Assembly (NCBI GenBank): GCA_963854265.1
Contig: CAWKYX010000001.1
Location: 396 to 64,395 of the forward strand
DNA: 64,000 nucleotides
Direction: 5' to 3'
Origin: Acidimicrobiia bacterium
GTDB lineage: Bacteria > Actinomycetota > Acidimicrobiia > Acidimicrobiales > UBA8592
Below are positions 53,981 to 62,787 of this stretch, in pieces (position 1 is the first letter of the stretch; each line of letters opens with the position of its first letter). The notes under the pieces were generated by a model, which was given only the letters and a program-made list of their open reading frames with translations, was not told the origin of the DNA and ran no database searches. Both the position numbers and the translations under genes were made by a program.

Positions 53981-54934
53981 ATGCGAGACGGAGTCGAGAC
54001 AGGCGGGACAGGCGGCGCGGTCGACATCATCGAGGTCGCACCGCGCGATGGCCTGCAGGACGAACCCGTCCAGCTGAGCACCAGCGACAAGGTCGACTTC
54101 ATCACTCGCCTAGTCGAGGCCGGCTTCACCCGTATCGAAGTCACGAGCTTTGTTCATCCGCGGGCCGTGCCCCAGATGGCAGATGCCGAAGACGTGATGG
54201 CCGCGCTGGCTCGAAGCGATGCCGTGTCCTACAGCGCCCTGGTCCTCAATGAGCGTGGGCTCGAACGGGCGCTGGCTGCAGGCGTTGATGAGATCAACTA
54301 CGTCGTCGTGGCCACCGACACGTTCGCCGGGCGCAACCAGAACACCACGACCGCAGACGGACTCGCGCTTTGGAATCGGATCTCCGAACTCTCCCGTGCC
54401 TCGTCGCTGACCACGGCGGTCACCATCGGCGCGGCATTCGGCTGTCCGTTCGAGGAAGAGGTCGAGCCCAGCCGGCTCGAATGGATCCTTCGCGAGTTGG
54501 CCGAGAACCCGCCCGACGAGATCTCGCTCGCTGACACCATTGGTGTCGCTGTACCAAGCGACGTGATCCAACGCCTCGGGCTGGTCAAACAGATCGCACC
54601 GACTGTGCGCAGACGACTCCACGTGCACAACACGCGCAACACCGGCATCGCCAACGCCTACGCAGCCGTCGAAGCGGGTGTCGATGCCCTCGATGCCAGC
54701 GCGGGCGGGATTGGCGGCTGCCCGTTTGCGCCAGCGGCCACCGGCAACATCCCGAGCGAGGATCTCATTTACATGCTGCATCGGATGGGTATACAGACGG
54801 GCGTGGTGCTCGAGTCGCTCATTGACACGGTGGGTTGGCTTGGCGAGGTGCTTGGTAAGGAGCCACCGGGGCTGCTTTCACGCTCCGGGATTTTCCCGCC
54901 AACGAAGTTACCCAGTAACTACGAGGTCGGATGA
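53981..54934 (+). CDS. Hydroxymethylglutaryl-CoA lyase-like (HMGL/DRE-TIM family)
   Basis: ORF 53948..54934 is trimmed to ATG 53981 (GAAGGA RBS). Motifs are EVAPRDGLQ and HVHNTRNTGIANAYAAVEAGVDALDASAGGIGGCPFAPAATGN. Confidence 0.85.
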   Translation: MRDGVETGGTGGAVDIIEVAPRDGLQDEPVQLSTSDKVDFITRLVEAGFTRIEVTSFVHPRAVPQMADAEDVMAALARSDAVSYSALVLNERGLERALAAGVDEINYVVVATDTFAGRNQNTTTADGLALWNRISELSRASSLTTAVTIGAAFGCPFEEEVEPSRLEWILRELAENPPDEISLADTIGVAVPSDVIQRLGLVKQIAPTVRRRLHVHNTRNTGIANAYAAVEAGVDALDASAGGIGGCPFAPAATGNIPSEDLIYMLHRMGIQTGVVLESLIDTVGWLGEVLGKEPPGLLSRSGIFPPTKLPSNYEVG

Positions 54935-56451
54935 CTACACCTCGACTCCGCTGGTTGGTCACCGCGGCCGGCGCGCTCACGGCGCTGGTTCTCAACCTCG
55001 ACCAGGCGACGATCCTGCTCGCGATCCCGACCATCTCTGACGCCCTGGATGCCGATCTCTCCCAGACGCAATGGATCCTTTCCGGGTTCTTGTTGCCGCT
55101 GGCGGCGCTGGTGATTCTGGGTGGTTCGTTGGCCGATCGGTTTGCTCCGGTCAGGATTCTCCAAGCGGGGCTCTCGACGTTTGCTGCGGGATCGGTGGTG
55201 AGTGCCCTGGCGTCGGACGTTGCGATTCTCACGGCCGCTCGCGTGGTTGCAGGATCGGGGGCGGCGCTTGCATTTCCCGCGTCGATCGCAATCCTGTACC
55301 GATCGCTCGATGGCGCAGAGCTGACCGTTGCACTTGGCGCTTGGTTCAGCGGGGCACTTACCGGCTCTGCTGTTGGTCCCGTTATTGGTGGACTGCTGCT
55401 TCGAGCCTGGCCCTGGGAATCAGTTCTGTGGATGTCGGCTGGGCTGACGGTGGCGGTGTTGATACTGGTCACGTTGTTCGTTCCGGCTGAACGTCAGCGC
55501 TCGGGCGCGCCGCTTTGGCTTGGCCCCAATGCTGTCGTGGCAGTGGCGATGGCATTGATGGTTTGGGGACTGATCGAAGCTGGGTCGGGGGGTTGGGGTT
55601 CGACCCGGGCGTTGGGCCCGGTCGTCGCTGGCGCACTGATCCTGGCCGGCTTCGCCGCGGCGGGTCTTCCACGTCTCGATCAGCCGTCGGAGGCGACGAG
55701 GCTCGTTGCTGCCGGACTGGTCATGATGATGTTGGCCATTCTCTCAGTCGTTGGCACGGTCTTCTTCGTCATCACGTTTATGCAAAACGTGCTTGGGTAC
55801 AGCCCGCTGCGTGCCGGCTTCGGGCTTCTGCCGTTCGGGGTGACCGCTGCCGTCTTGGCGCCGATGGGCGCACGACTAATCCGGCGACACGGCCGGATGC
55901 CTCTCGTTGTTGTGGCTATTGGCTGCGAGGCTGCTGGCCTGATCGGGCTATCGCGCATTACGCCGACGTCGACTTATGTTGGAATTGGGATCTTCTTAGC
56001 CCTGTTCGGCGCGGCGATGGCTATCTTCCCGGCTGTCTCGTTGGACCTCGCGCTCAGCAATGCGCCCCCAGATCGCGGGGGTGTTGTTTCCGGAGCACAC
56101 GCGGCTGCGCTGCAATTCGGTCAGCTGATCTCGATCGCAGTGATGGGGTCTCTGGTGTCTTCGTGGGTCGGGGGCATTTATCGATCGAAGTTGGCCGATG
56201 CCGGGTTGGCGACAGAGGTTCCCGGAGGCTTAGTCCAAGACCTCGGACGAGGCCTGAGTTCGGCTCCTTCCGCAGCATCTCCCGGCGAGATTTTACGTTA
56301 TGAAACTATTGGCGAAATTGCGTTCACAACCGCGGTTGGTCGCGCCATCATTTTCATGTTGGGCCTGTCAGCTTTTGCATCTATCGTCTTCGTGACGCTG
56401 CTTAAAATGCCCCTAGGTCGTAGCGAGATGCGAGCCACGAGTTCGAGATGA
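54931..56451 (+). CDS. MFS transporter, DHA2-like
   Basis: The 506-aa protein has about 14 hydrophobic segments and the motif LGGSLADRFAPVRIL. It has an ATGA overlap with the lyase gene. Confidence 0.8.
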   Translation: MTTPRLRWLVTAAGALTALVLNLDQATILLAIPTISDALDADLSQTQWILSGFLLPLAALVILGGSLADRFAPVRILQAGLSTFAAGSVVSALASDVAILTAARVVAGSGAALAFPASIAILYRSLDGAELTVALGAWFSGALTGSAVGPVIGGLLLRAWPWESVLWMSAGLTVAVLILVTLFVPAERQRSGAPLWLGPNAVVAVAMALMVWGLIEAGSGGWGSTRALGPVVAGALILAGFAAAGLPRLDQPSEATRLVAAGLVMMMLAILSVVGTVFFVITFMQNVLGYSPLRAGFGLLPFGVTAAVLAPMGARLIRRHGRMPLVVVAIGCEAAGLIGLSRITPTSTYVGIGIFLALFGAAMAIFPAVSLDLALSNAPPDRGGVVSGAHAAALQFGQLISIAVMGSLVSSWVGGIYRSKLADAGLATEVPGGLVQDLGRGLSSAPSAASPGEILRYETIGEIAFTTAVGRAIIFMLGLSAFASIVFVTLLKMPLGRSEMRATSSR

Positions 56452-57098
56452 CCATCGACGTCCCTCAGCCGAAACGCAGCCGCGTATACGACGCTCTCAA
56501 GCGCCAAATTGTCGAGATGGAACTCGAGCCGGGCACCCCGCTGTCGGAGGTCGAGCTCAGTAAGCGGCTCGGCAGCAGTCGGACCCCCGTGCGTGAGTCG
56601 CTGCACCAGCTCAGCCGTGAGGGTCTCGTCCGCTTGGTCCCTGGCCGCGGGGCATTTGTGGCCGAGATCTCCATGCGCGATATTGTAGAGTTGTTCCAGA
56701 TGCGCGAAGCCCTCGAGACCCATGCGGCCCGGCTGGCCGCCCAGGCCTCTAACCGAGCCGTCTTGGTCGAGCTTGCGGAGGAAATGCGCGGGGCCCATGC
56801 CCTCATCGAAGCGGCGGACTATCGGGCGTACTATGACCTGACTGAGCGGATTGACAAGGCCATCGTCGCCCTCGCAGGCAACGCTCGACTCAGGGGGGCC
56901 TTGAGCGAGTTGTGGGATCAGATCAAACGGGCACGCCACATTGCACAGGCGAAACCAGAACGACTGGGCGAGACGGTCTCTGAGCACCTCAGCATCCTCG
57001 CGGCCATCACCTCAGGCAACGAGGAACAGTCGGTCGACGTTGTTCGGGCGCACGTCAAGAACAGCATGCGTAGCTTGCTCGAACCCTCGGCGCTCTGA
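56448..57098 (+). CDS. GntR family regulator, FadR/FCD subfamily
   Basis: The winged HTH is YDALKRQIVEMELEPGTPLSEVELSKRLGSSRTPVRESLHQLSREGLVRLVPGRGAFV. The C-terminal domain is helical and FCD-like. It has an ATGA overlap with the MFS gene. Confidence 0.9.
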   Translation: MTIDVPQPKRSRVYDALKRQIVEMELEPGTPLSEVELSKRLGSSRTPVRESLHQLSREGLVRLVPGRGAFVAEISMRDIVELFQMREALETHAARLAAQASNRAVLVELAEEMRGAHALIEAADYRAYYDLTERIDKAIVALAGNARLRGALSELWDQIKRARHIAQAKPERLGETVSEHLSILAAITSGNEEQSVDVVRAHVKNSMRSLLEPSAL

Positions 57099-57120
57099 CC
57101 ACGAGCCCATCGGGGCTGAG

Positions 57121-57798
57121 TCAGATGAGGTGCTCGATCACCTGATCGACGCCCATGACGTCGGCGTACTTGGCATCGAGGTCGAAGAGTCCGATCTGGT
57201 GGCTGATTTCGATGCGGTCATACACGCACTCCTGAGCAACGACCGTGTGGAAGTTGAACGAGAACGCATCCACCGCGGTGGCTCGAATGCAACCGCTGGT
57301 CGTGCACCCCGCCAGAATGACGGTGTCGCAGCCCAGATCAACCAGGTAGCTGGTGAGTGCGGTCCCGAAGAAGGCGCTCGCGTGGCGCTTTGGCAAGAGA
57401 ATGTCGGCCTCGACCGGCGCAACCTCGGCGACGAATTCATAGGCGTGTTCCGGGATCGCGGTGATGCCCGGGTTGATGCTCCCGAACCGGCCTGCGTCGA
57501 CGGCCTTTTTGGGGGCGACGTAGGGGTAGATCACCGGAATGTCTGCCTCGCGGGCCGCGGCGAGGAGCCGGGCGATGTGCGGGATGGCCGCCCACGCGCG
57601 ATCACCACACGAGGTGGGGTACATCGTCTCGATGGATTCGCGGATGGGGAGCGACGAGTCGCCCGCTGTCCGGTATTGCACATCGATCAACAACAGTGCA
57701 GGGCGTTGCCCGAAGCCTGATGGGCCACCAAAGCCGGCGAGCTCATAGACCCCCAGGTCCTCTTCGGGTATAGCCGAAAGCCATGATGGGTCACTCAT
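57121..57798 (-). CDS. Isochorismatase-family cysteine hydrolase (N-carbamoylsarcosine-amidase-like)
   Basis: PALLLIDVQ, LPKRHASAFFGT, and VILAGCTTSGCIRATAVDA, which contains the catalytic Cys. Confidence 0.75.
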   Translation of the reverse strand: MSDPSWLSAIPEEDLGVYELAGFGGPSGFGQRPALLLIDVQYRTAGDSSLPIRESIETMYPTSCGDRAWAAIPHIARLLAAAREADIPVIYPYVAPKKAVDAGRFGSINPGITAIPEHAYEFVAEVAPVEADILLPKRHASAFFGTALTSYLVDLGCDTVILAGCTTSGCIRATAVDAFSFNFHTVVAQECVYDRIEISHQIGLFDLDAKYADVMGVDQVIEHLI

Positions 57799-58729
57799 TG
57801 GTGCCTCGTCTCAGGTCGTCTTCGAGGTCGTCGAAGTCTTTCAGGTTCATCAGCGATTGGCGCTCTTCCCAGGTGATCATGCGGTCTGTGAGTCCTGCCG
57901 ATTCGCCGTTGCCGCGCAGATAGGACAATGCGTGCTGCGCTGCGTGCACAGTTACTCGCAAGAGCAGGTTGGCATGGAGGACGAGGCGGAACCCCATGGC
58001 TTCGAGTTCTGCCGCCGGGAGTTGGGGGGTCTTGCCGCCCTCGACAATGTTGATCATTATCGGAACGCCGGGAAGCTCGCTCGGGATACGTCGCAGTTCG
58101 TCGACGGTTTGGGGGGCCTCGACGAAGATCACATCAGCGCCTGCGTCGATGTACCGGCTGGAGCGGGCCAGTGCTTGATCGAGTCCTTCGACCGCCCGTG
58201 CGTCGGTCCGAGCGATGATCGCGAAGTCCGGATCTGAGCGAGCGTGGCGCGCCGCGCGAATCTTGGCCACCATCTCTTCGACGTCCACGAGTGTTTGGCC
58301 ATTGAAGTGTCCGCAGCGCTTGGGCGACGCCTGGTCTTCGACCTGAATCGCAGCGGCCCCGGAGCGTTCGAGCGAATGGACCGTTCTCATGACCGAGAGC
58401 GGACCTCCGTAGCCGGTGTCAGCGTCGACGATGACGGGGATCGAGACAGCGTCGACGACCCGTGTGGCCTCGTAGTCGACCTCGGTCATCGACAAGAGGC
58501 CGATGTCGGGCAGTCCGAACTGGGTGTTGGCAACACCAGCGCCGGTGACAAAGCAGCACTCGAATCCGGCTTGCTCGGCTAGGCGGGCAGTGAGGGCGTT
58601 GGTGACACCCGGGACAACGGTGGCTGTGTCGCGAGCGAGAATTGCTCGGAGCGTTACGCGGCCGGTGTCGAGCGATCGGGGCCCGATCCCCGGGGGCACC
58701 TCGAAGGGATCCGAATCGCTGGACCTCAC
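57791..58729 (-). CDS. Isocitrate lyase / PEP mutase superfamily enzyme (methylisocitrate-lyase / carboxy-PEP-mutase-like)
   Basis: IVDADTGYGG and IQVEDQASPKRCGHFNGQ are the family signature. The start is GTG. Confidence 0.8.
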   Translation of the reverse strand: MRSSDSDPFEVPPGIGPRSLDTGRVTLRAILARDTATVVPGVTNALTARLAEQAGFECCFVTGAGVANTQFGLPDIGLLSMTEVDYEATRVVDAVSIPVIVDADTGYGGPLSVMRTVHSLERSGAAAIQVEDQASPKRCGHFNGQTLVDVEEMVAKIRAARHARSDPDFAIIARTDARAVEGLDQALARSSRYIDAGADVIFVEAPQTVDELRRIPSELPGVPIMINIVEGGKTPQLPAAELEAMGFRLVLHANLLLRVTVHAAQHALSYLRGNGESAGLTDRMITWEERQSLMNLKDFDDLEDDLRRGTNE

Positions 58730-58794
58730 GCGTTGCCCGTCGCGGCCAACGATTCGCTCATTGCATCTGTCTCCTGATCAGAAAGATGCGCGTA

Positions 58795-58813
58795 GTATAC
58801 AGCATGCGTACAC
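58795..58813. promoter_or_regulatory. Conserved 19-nt box GTATACAGC-N4-GTACAC (candidate GntR operator), copy 1
   Basis: GTATACAGCATGCGTACAC lies in the divergent region between the PEP-mutase operon and the dppB-like gene. It matches the box at 62704..62722 at 15 of 19 positions, and both are followed by GTGTTC. Confidence 0.45.
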
Positions 58814-58948
58814 TCGGTGTTCCGGAGCGCCGCGCCAGCGCCGCACCGCTCGAAGAGGGGTAGGAGCGACGTTGGGAGCAGACGTAGGAGCGCTCGTTTG
58901 GCGAGAGTCGAAACGTGCTGATGCGCCTCAATTCGAGGCACCGAACCT

Positions 58949-59968
58949 ATGACCGCGCGCGCCTGGGCGTTATTGATTCTGCGTCGGCTGCTCTTCATGA
59001 TTCCGATCCTCTTCGCTATCGCCAGCGCGACGTTCTTCCTGACCCGTTTCGCCGGGGGCGACCCGGCGTATCAGATTGCCGGCTCATTCGCGACCGAGGA
59101 ATCGATCGCGAACATTCGGGCCGACCTCGGAACCGATCGACCCCTCGGTGTGCAGTATTGGGAGTTCCTGACCGACTCGGTTCGAGGCGATCTGGGAACC
59201 TCGTTGTTCACCGACAGACCGGTTCGGACCGACCTCGCCGACCGCTTGCCGGCGACGCTCGAGCTCATCACCATGTCCCTCGCTGTTGCCGTCGTGGTGG
59301 GCCTGGGGTCAGGTAGCTACGCCGCGCACCGGCGCGGGACGAAGCGGGACAAGGCGGTCAGATACGGGAGTTTCACGGCCCTGTCGCTGCCGGATTTCTG
59401 GCTTGGGCTCGTGCTGTTGTTTGTCTTCTTCTTCAAGCTGGACTGGGCCCCGCCACCCATTGGCCAGATTGCCCCCGGCGCCACCGCGCCCAGATACGTG
59501 ACCGGCGCGGCGGTCGTGGATGCATCCATCACCTTGAACTGGTCGGCGCTCAAGGCCTCGTTGCATCAGATATGGCTGCCGCTCACCACCATGGCAGTGA
59601 TCTTCAGCGGACCACTCACACGCCTGGCGCGGTCCGCAACCATCGAGGCCCTCGGCTCCGACGCGATCTTGTTCGGGCGAGCATGCGGCCTGCCTCGTTC
59701 GACGTTGTGGCGCTACGCGACTCGGGCCTCGCTCCCCCCCGTCGTGACCTTCGTCGGCATTCTGTTCAGCGTGTTGTTGGGCGCCTCGGTCCTGGTCGAA
59801 ACCGTGTTCTCTTGGGGAGGAGCGGCGCAGTACGTCGTGAATGCGATTCGCGTCAACGACTTCCCGGCCGTTCAAGGCTTTGTTCTGGTGTCTGGCGTGT
59901 TCTCTGTAGTGATCTTCTTGATCGTGGACCTCCTCTACGTCGCCATCGACCCCCGGGTGAGACTGTGA
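58949..59968 (+). CDS. ABC transporter permease (DppB/OppB-type)
   Basis: The 339-aa protein has 6 hydrophobic segments and is the first of four genes coupled by overlapping stops and starts. Confidence 0.85.
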   Translation: MTARAWALLILRRLLFMIPILFAIASATFFLTRFAGGDPAYQIAGSFATEESIANIRADLGTDRPLGVQYWEFLTDSVRGDLGTSLFTDRPVRTDLADRLPATLELITMSLAVAVVVGLGSGSYAAHRRGTKRDKAVRYGSFTALSLPDFWLGLVLLFVFFFKLDWAPPPIGQIAPGATAPRYVTGAAVVDASITLNWSALKASLHQIWLPLTTMAVIFSGPLTRLARSATIEALGSDAILFGRACGLPRSTLWRYATRASLPPVVTFVGILFSVLLGASVLVETVFSWGGAAQYVVNAIRVNDFPAVQGFVLVSGVFSVVIFLIVDLLYVAIDPRVRL

Positions 59969-60816
59969 GCCGCACGGAGCTGGGTCAACGGCGTGAACGG
60001 GTGCCGGATTGGGTGAATCCGCCGTTGGCCATTGGGCTTGGGCTCATCGTGTTGCTGGCGGTTGGTTCCTATGTCGTTCCGGCGCTGTCGCAGTTCGATG
60101 CGGAGATCGCGAACCCTCGCGAAGCCCTGCAACCTCCGAGCAGCCGCCATCCGTTCGGGACCGATCGATCCGGCCTCGACATCTTCGTCCGAGTTTTTCA
60201 GGCCCCACGGATCGATCTCACGATTGTGGTTCTGGGCGTCGGTCTGGGTGCGGTGATCGGCGTGGTGTTGGGTGTCGTGACCGGATTTTCACGAGGGATT
60301 CCCGGTGAGATCTCGATGCGGGTTGCCGACATTATCCAGGCGTTTCCGCTGTTGATACTTGCCATTGCGTTGGTGTCGCTGAGCGGCAACAACCTCACGA
60401 ACGTGGTTTATGTGCTGGCGTTCGTCAACGTGCCCGTTTTCTTGCGACTCACGCGTAGTCGCGTGCTGACGATCCGCGAACAGCGGTTCGTGCAGGCGTC
60501 GGTTGCGTTGGGCAATTCGACGCCACGACTGGTGTTTCGCCACATTCTCCCGAACGCGCTCGGGCCGGCGACTGTCCAGTTCGGTGTTTCGATGGGGTAC
60601 GGCATCCTGACTCTGGCGGGTCTGGCGTTCCTTGGTGTCGGCGTGCAGGTGCCTACACCCGAGTGGGGCTCGATGATTCTGACCGGGTCCTCGAACATGA
60701 CCACGGGGCAGTGGTGGATCGCGCTCTTCCCCGGATTGGCGCTCTCGGTGGCTGTTTTTGCGTTTAACTTGTTGAGCGAGGGCATCGAGAAGGCTCGAGA
60801 GGTCGGGTCGAGGTGA
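59965..60816 (+). CDS. ABC transporter permease (DppC/OppC-type)
   Basis: ORF 59572..60816 is trimmed to GTG 59965 (GTGA overlap). HPFGTDRSGLDIF is the typical DppC N-terminal motif. Confidence 0.85.
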   Translation: MSRTELGQRRERVPDWVNPPLAIGLGLIVLLAVGSYVVPALSQFDAEIANPREALQPPSSRHPFGTDRSGLDIFVRVFQAPRIDLTIVVLGVGLGAVIGVVLGVVTGFSRGIPGEISMRVADIIQAFPLLILAIALVSLSGNNLTNVVYVLAFVNVPVFLRLTRSRVLTIREQRFVQASVALGNSTPRLVFRHILPNALGPATVQFGVSMGYGILTLAGLAFLGVGVQVPTPEWGSMILTGSSNMTTGQWWIALFPGLALSVAVFAFNLLSEGIEKAREVGSR

Positions 60817-61634
60817 GCGAGCTGCTGTTGGACGTTCGTGGCCTGGAGCTTGAGATCGCGACCCGACGGACGTCGACGGCGATCCTCCATGGCGTCGACC
60901 TCGCGCTCGACGCCGGGCAAATGCACGGTCTCGTTGGCGAAACCGGCTCGGGTAAGTCGATGACGGCGCGCGCAATCGTTGGGCTCCTTCCGCCAGGCGG
61001 ACGGGTCACCGCAGGCTCAGTCACATTCGGGGATCAGGACCTGCTGGCCAAGACCGAGGCTGAAATGCGCGAGGTCCGTGGTGCTGCTATCGGCATGATT
61101 TTCCAAAATCCACGTACGGCCCTCTATCCCATGTTGAACATCGAGCAACAGATGAGCAACGTCATCAAATCGCACCTCGACCTGGACAAGGCCGAGCGTG
61201 TTGCTCGTGTTCGTGAACATCTGGGACTGGTCGGCATCGATGACGTCGATCGCGTGGCCAAGGCGTACCCGCACGAACTCAGCGGCGGCATGGCGCAGCG
61301 TGCGGTGATTGCCATGGCGTTGGTGTGCGGTCCGTCGTTACTGATAGCCGACGAACCAACGACGGGGCTCGATGCCACGATTCAACGCCAGATCCTGGAG
61401 CTGATCCGTTCTTTGCAGGACCAGCTCACGTTGTCCGTCCTCATCATCACCCACGACCTTGGCGTCGTTGCGCAGTACTGCGACACGGTGTCAGTGATGA
61501 CAGAAGGGCGGGTGGTCGAGGATGGAGCCGTCCGTTCAGTGCTGCTCGAACCCGCCGAGGAGTACACCAAGAAGCTCATAGCGGCCTCGGATTTGGGCGA
61601 CATTCGGAAGAAGCGACTGGCGGCCCAACAATGA
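60813..61634 (+). CDS. ABC transporter ATP-binding protein (DppD/OppD-type)
   Basis: GETGSGKS, LSGGMAQRAVIAMAL and LLIADEPTTGLD. Confidence 0.9.
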   Translation: MSELLLDVRGLELEIATRRTSTAILHGVDLALDAGQMHGLVGETGSGKSMTARAIVGLLPPGGRVTAGSVTFGDQDLLAKTEAEMREVRGAAIGMIFQNPRTALYPMLNIEQQMSNVIKSHLDLDKAERVARVREHLGLVGIDDVDRVAKAYPHELSGGMAQRAVIAMALVCGPSLLIADEPTTGLDATIQRQILELIRSLQDQLTLSVLIITHDLGVVAQYCDTVSVMTEGRVVEDGAVRSVLLEPAEEYTKKLIAASDLGDIRKKRLAAQQ

Positions 61635-62689
61635 CCGATGCTGGAACCGACGCCCCCGACGATGTCGCCGCCACCGATTATGCGATCGTCGTCGAGGGCT
61701 TACAGAAGACCTTCCGAGCGCGGCGGGGCCAGGCCGAAGTCGTCGCGATCGATGACGTGTCGTTCGTCGTCGAGCGAGGCCAGACGCTAGGTGTTGTCGG
61801 CGAGAGTGGTTCGGGCAAGTCCACGGTTGCGCGCTGCTTGCTCGGTCTGACTCCTGTCGACGCCGGCCGCGTCGAGGTGTTGGGAAGATCCATTGTCGAC
61901 GCGAAGCCAAAAGAGTTGCGGTCGTGGCGCAGCGAAATGCAGATCGTCTTTCAGGAACCGCTGGAGTCACTGGACCCGCGATATCGAGTGCGTGACGCAA
62001 TTGGTGAACCGCTGCTCCTTCACACGGACTTACGAGGGGACCAGCTCCAGGCCCGGGTAGAGGAGTTGCTCGAGCAGGTATCACTGGCCACCGAGCTCGG
62101 CGCCCGATACCCCCATGAGCTGTCCGGAGGTCAACAGCAGCGGGTGAACATTGCCCGGGCGCTCGCGACCGAGCCATCGGTCATGGTTCTCGATGAACCG
62201 ACAGCGTCGCTCGATGTCTCGGTGCAGGCCGAAGTACTCGCCCTGCTCGTGGACCTTCAGGAGCGGTTCGGGCTCACGTACTTGCTGATCTCGCACGACC
62301 TCACGACCATTCGTGCCGTGTGTGATCGCGTGGCTGTGATGTATTTGGGTCGACTCATCGAGGTAGGCCCGGTCGACCAGGTCCTCACCAAACCCGAGCA
62401 CCCATACACCGAGTTTTTGATCGGGGCGGAGCTATCCGTGAACCCTGATGTCAAGCCTGCTGCTCCGGTCGTACAAGGTGAAGTGCGCAGCGGCGAGCGA
62501 CCCTCCGGTTGCGTCTTTGCACCGCGTTGTCCGCTCCGTATGGATGCCTGCGAGGAGGCTCAACCCGAGCTTCGCGCCGCGAGCGAAGGCCATGTGGCTG
62601 CCTGTCTTGTTGTGGGCAACAAGCACGACCTGGCAAGCGTTGTCGACGATGGTCCGCCGCCGAGTGGCGGGCATCGCGGCATCAACTGA
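61631..62689 (+). CDS. ABC transporter ATP-binding protein (DppF/OppF-type)
   Basis: ORF 61325..62689 is trimmed to ATG 61631 (ATGA overlap). Motifs are GESGSGKST, LSGGQQQRVNIARAL and VMVLDEPTASLD. The C-terminal oligopeptide-type extension contains CxxRCP. Confidence 0.9.
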   Translation: MTDAGTDAPDDVAATDYAIVVEGLQKTFRARRGQAEVVAIDDVSFVVERGQTLGVVGESGSGKSTVARCLLGLTPVDAGRVEVLGRSIVDAKPKELRSWRSEMQIVFQEPLESLDPRYRVRDAIGEPLLLHTDLRGDQLQARVEELLEQVSLATELGARYPHELSGGQQQRVNIARALATEPSVMVLDEPTASLDVSVQAEVLALLVDLQERFGLTYLLISHDLTTIRAVCDRVAVMYLGRLIEVGPVDQVLTKPEHPYTEFLIGAELSVNPDVKPAAPVVQGEVRSGERPSGCVFAPRCPLRMDACEEAQPELRAASEGHVAACLVVGNKHDLASVVDDGPPPSGGHRGIN

Positions 62690-62703
62690 CAACACGGGGT
62701 TGT

Positions 62704-62722
62704 GTATACAGCGCTTGTACAC
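62704..62722. promoter_or_regulatory. Conserved 19-nt box GTATACAGC-N4-GTACAC (candidate GntR operator), copy 2
   Basis: GTATACAGCGCTTGTACAC lies 66 nt upstream of the SBP start. The outer arms TGTGTA / TACACA form an inverted repeat. Confidence 0.45.
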
Positions 62723-62787
62723 AGTGTTCGCGTGACGTATGCTCACATCGCCCCATCTCTGGGGAGCTCTGAGGGGGCACATATCTA

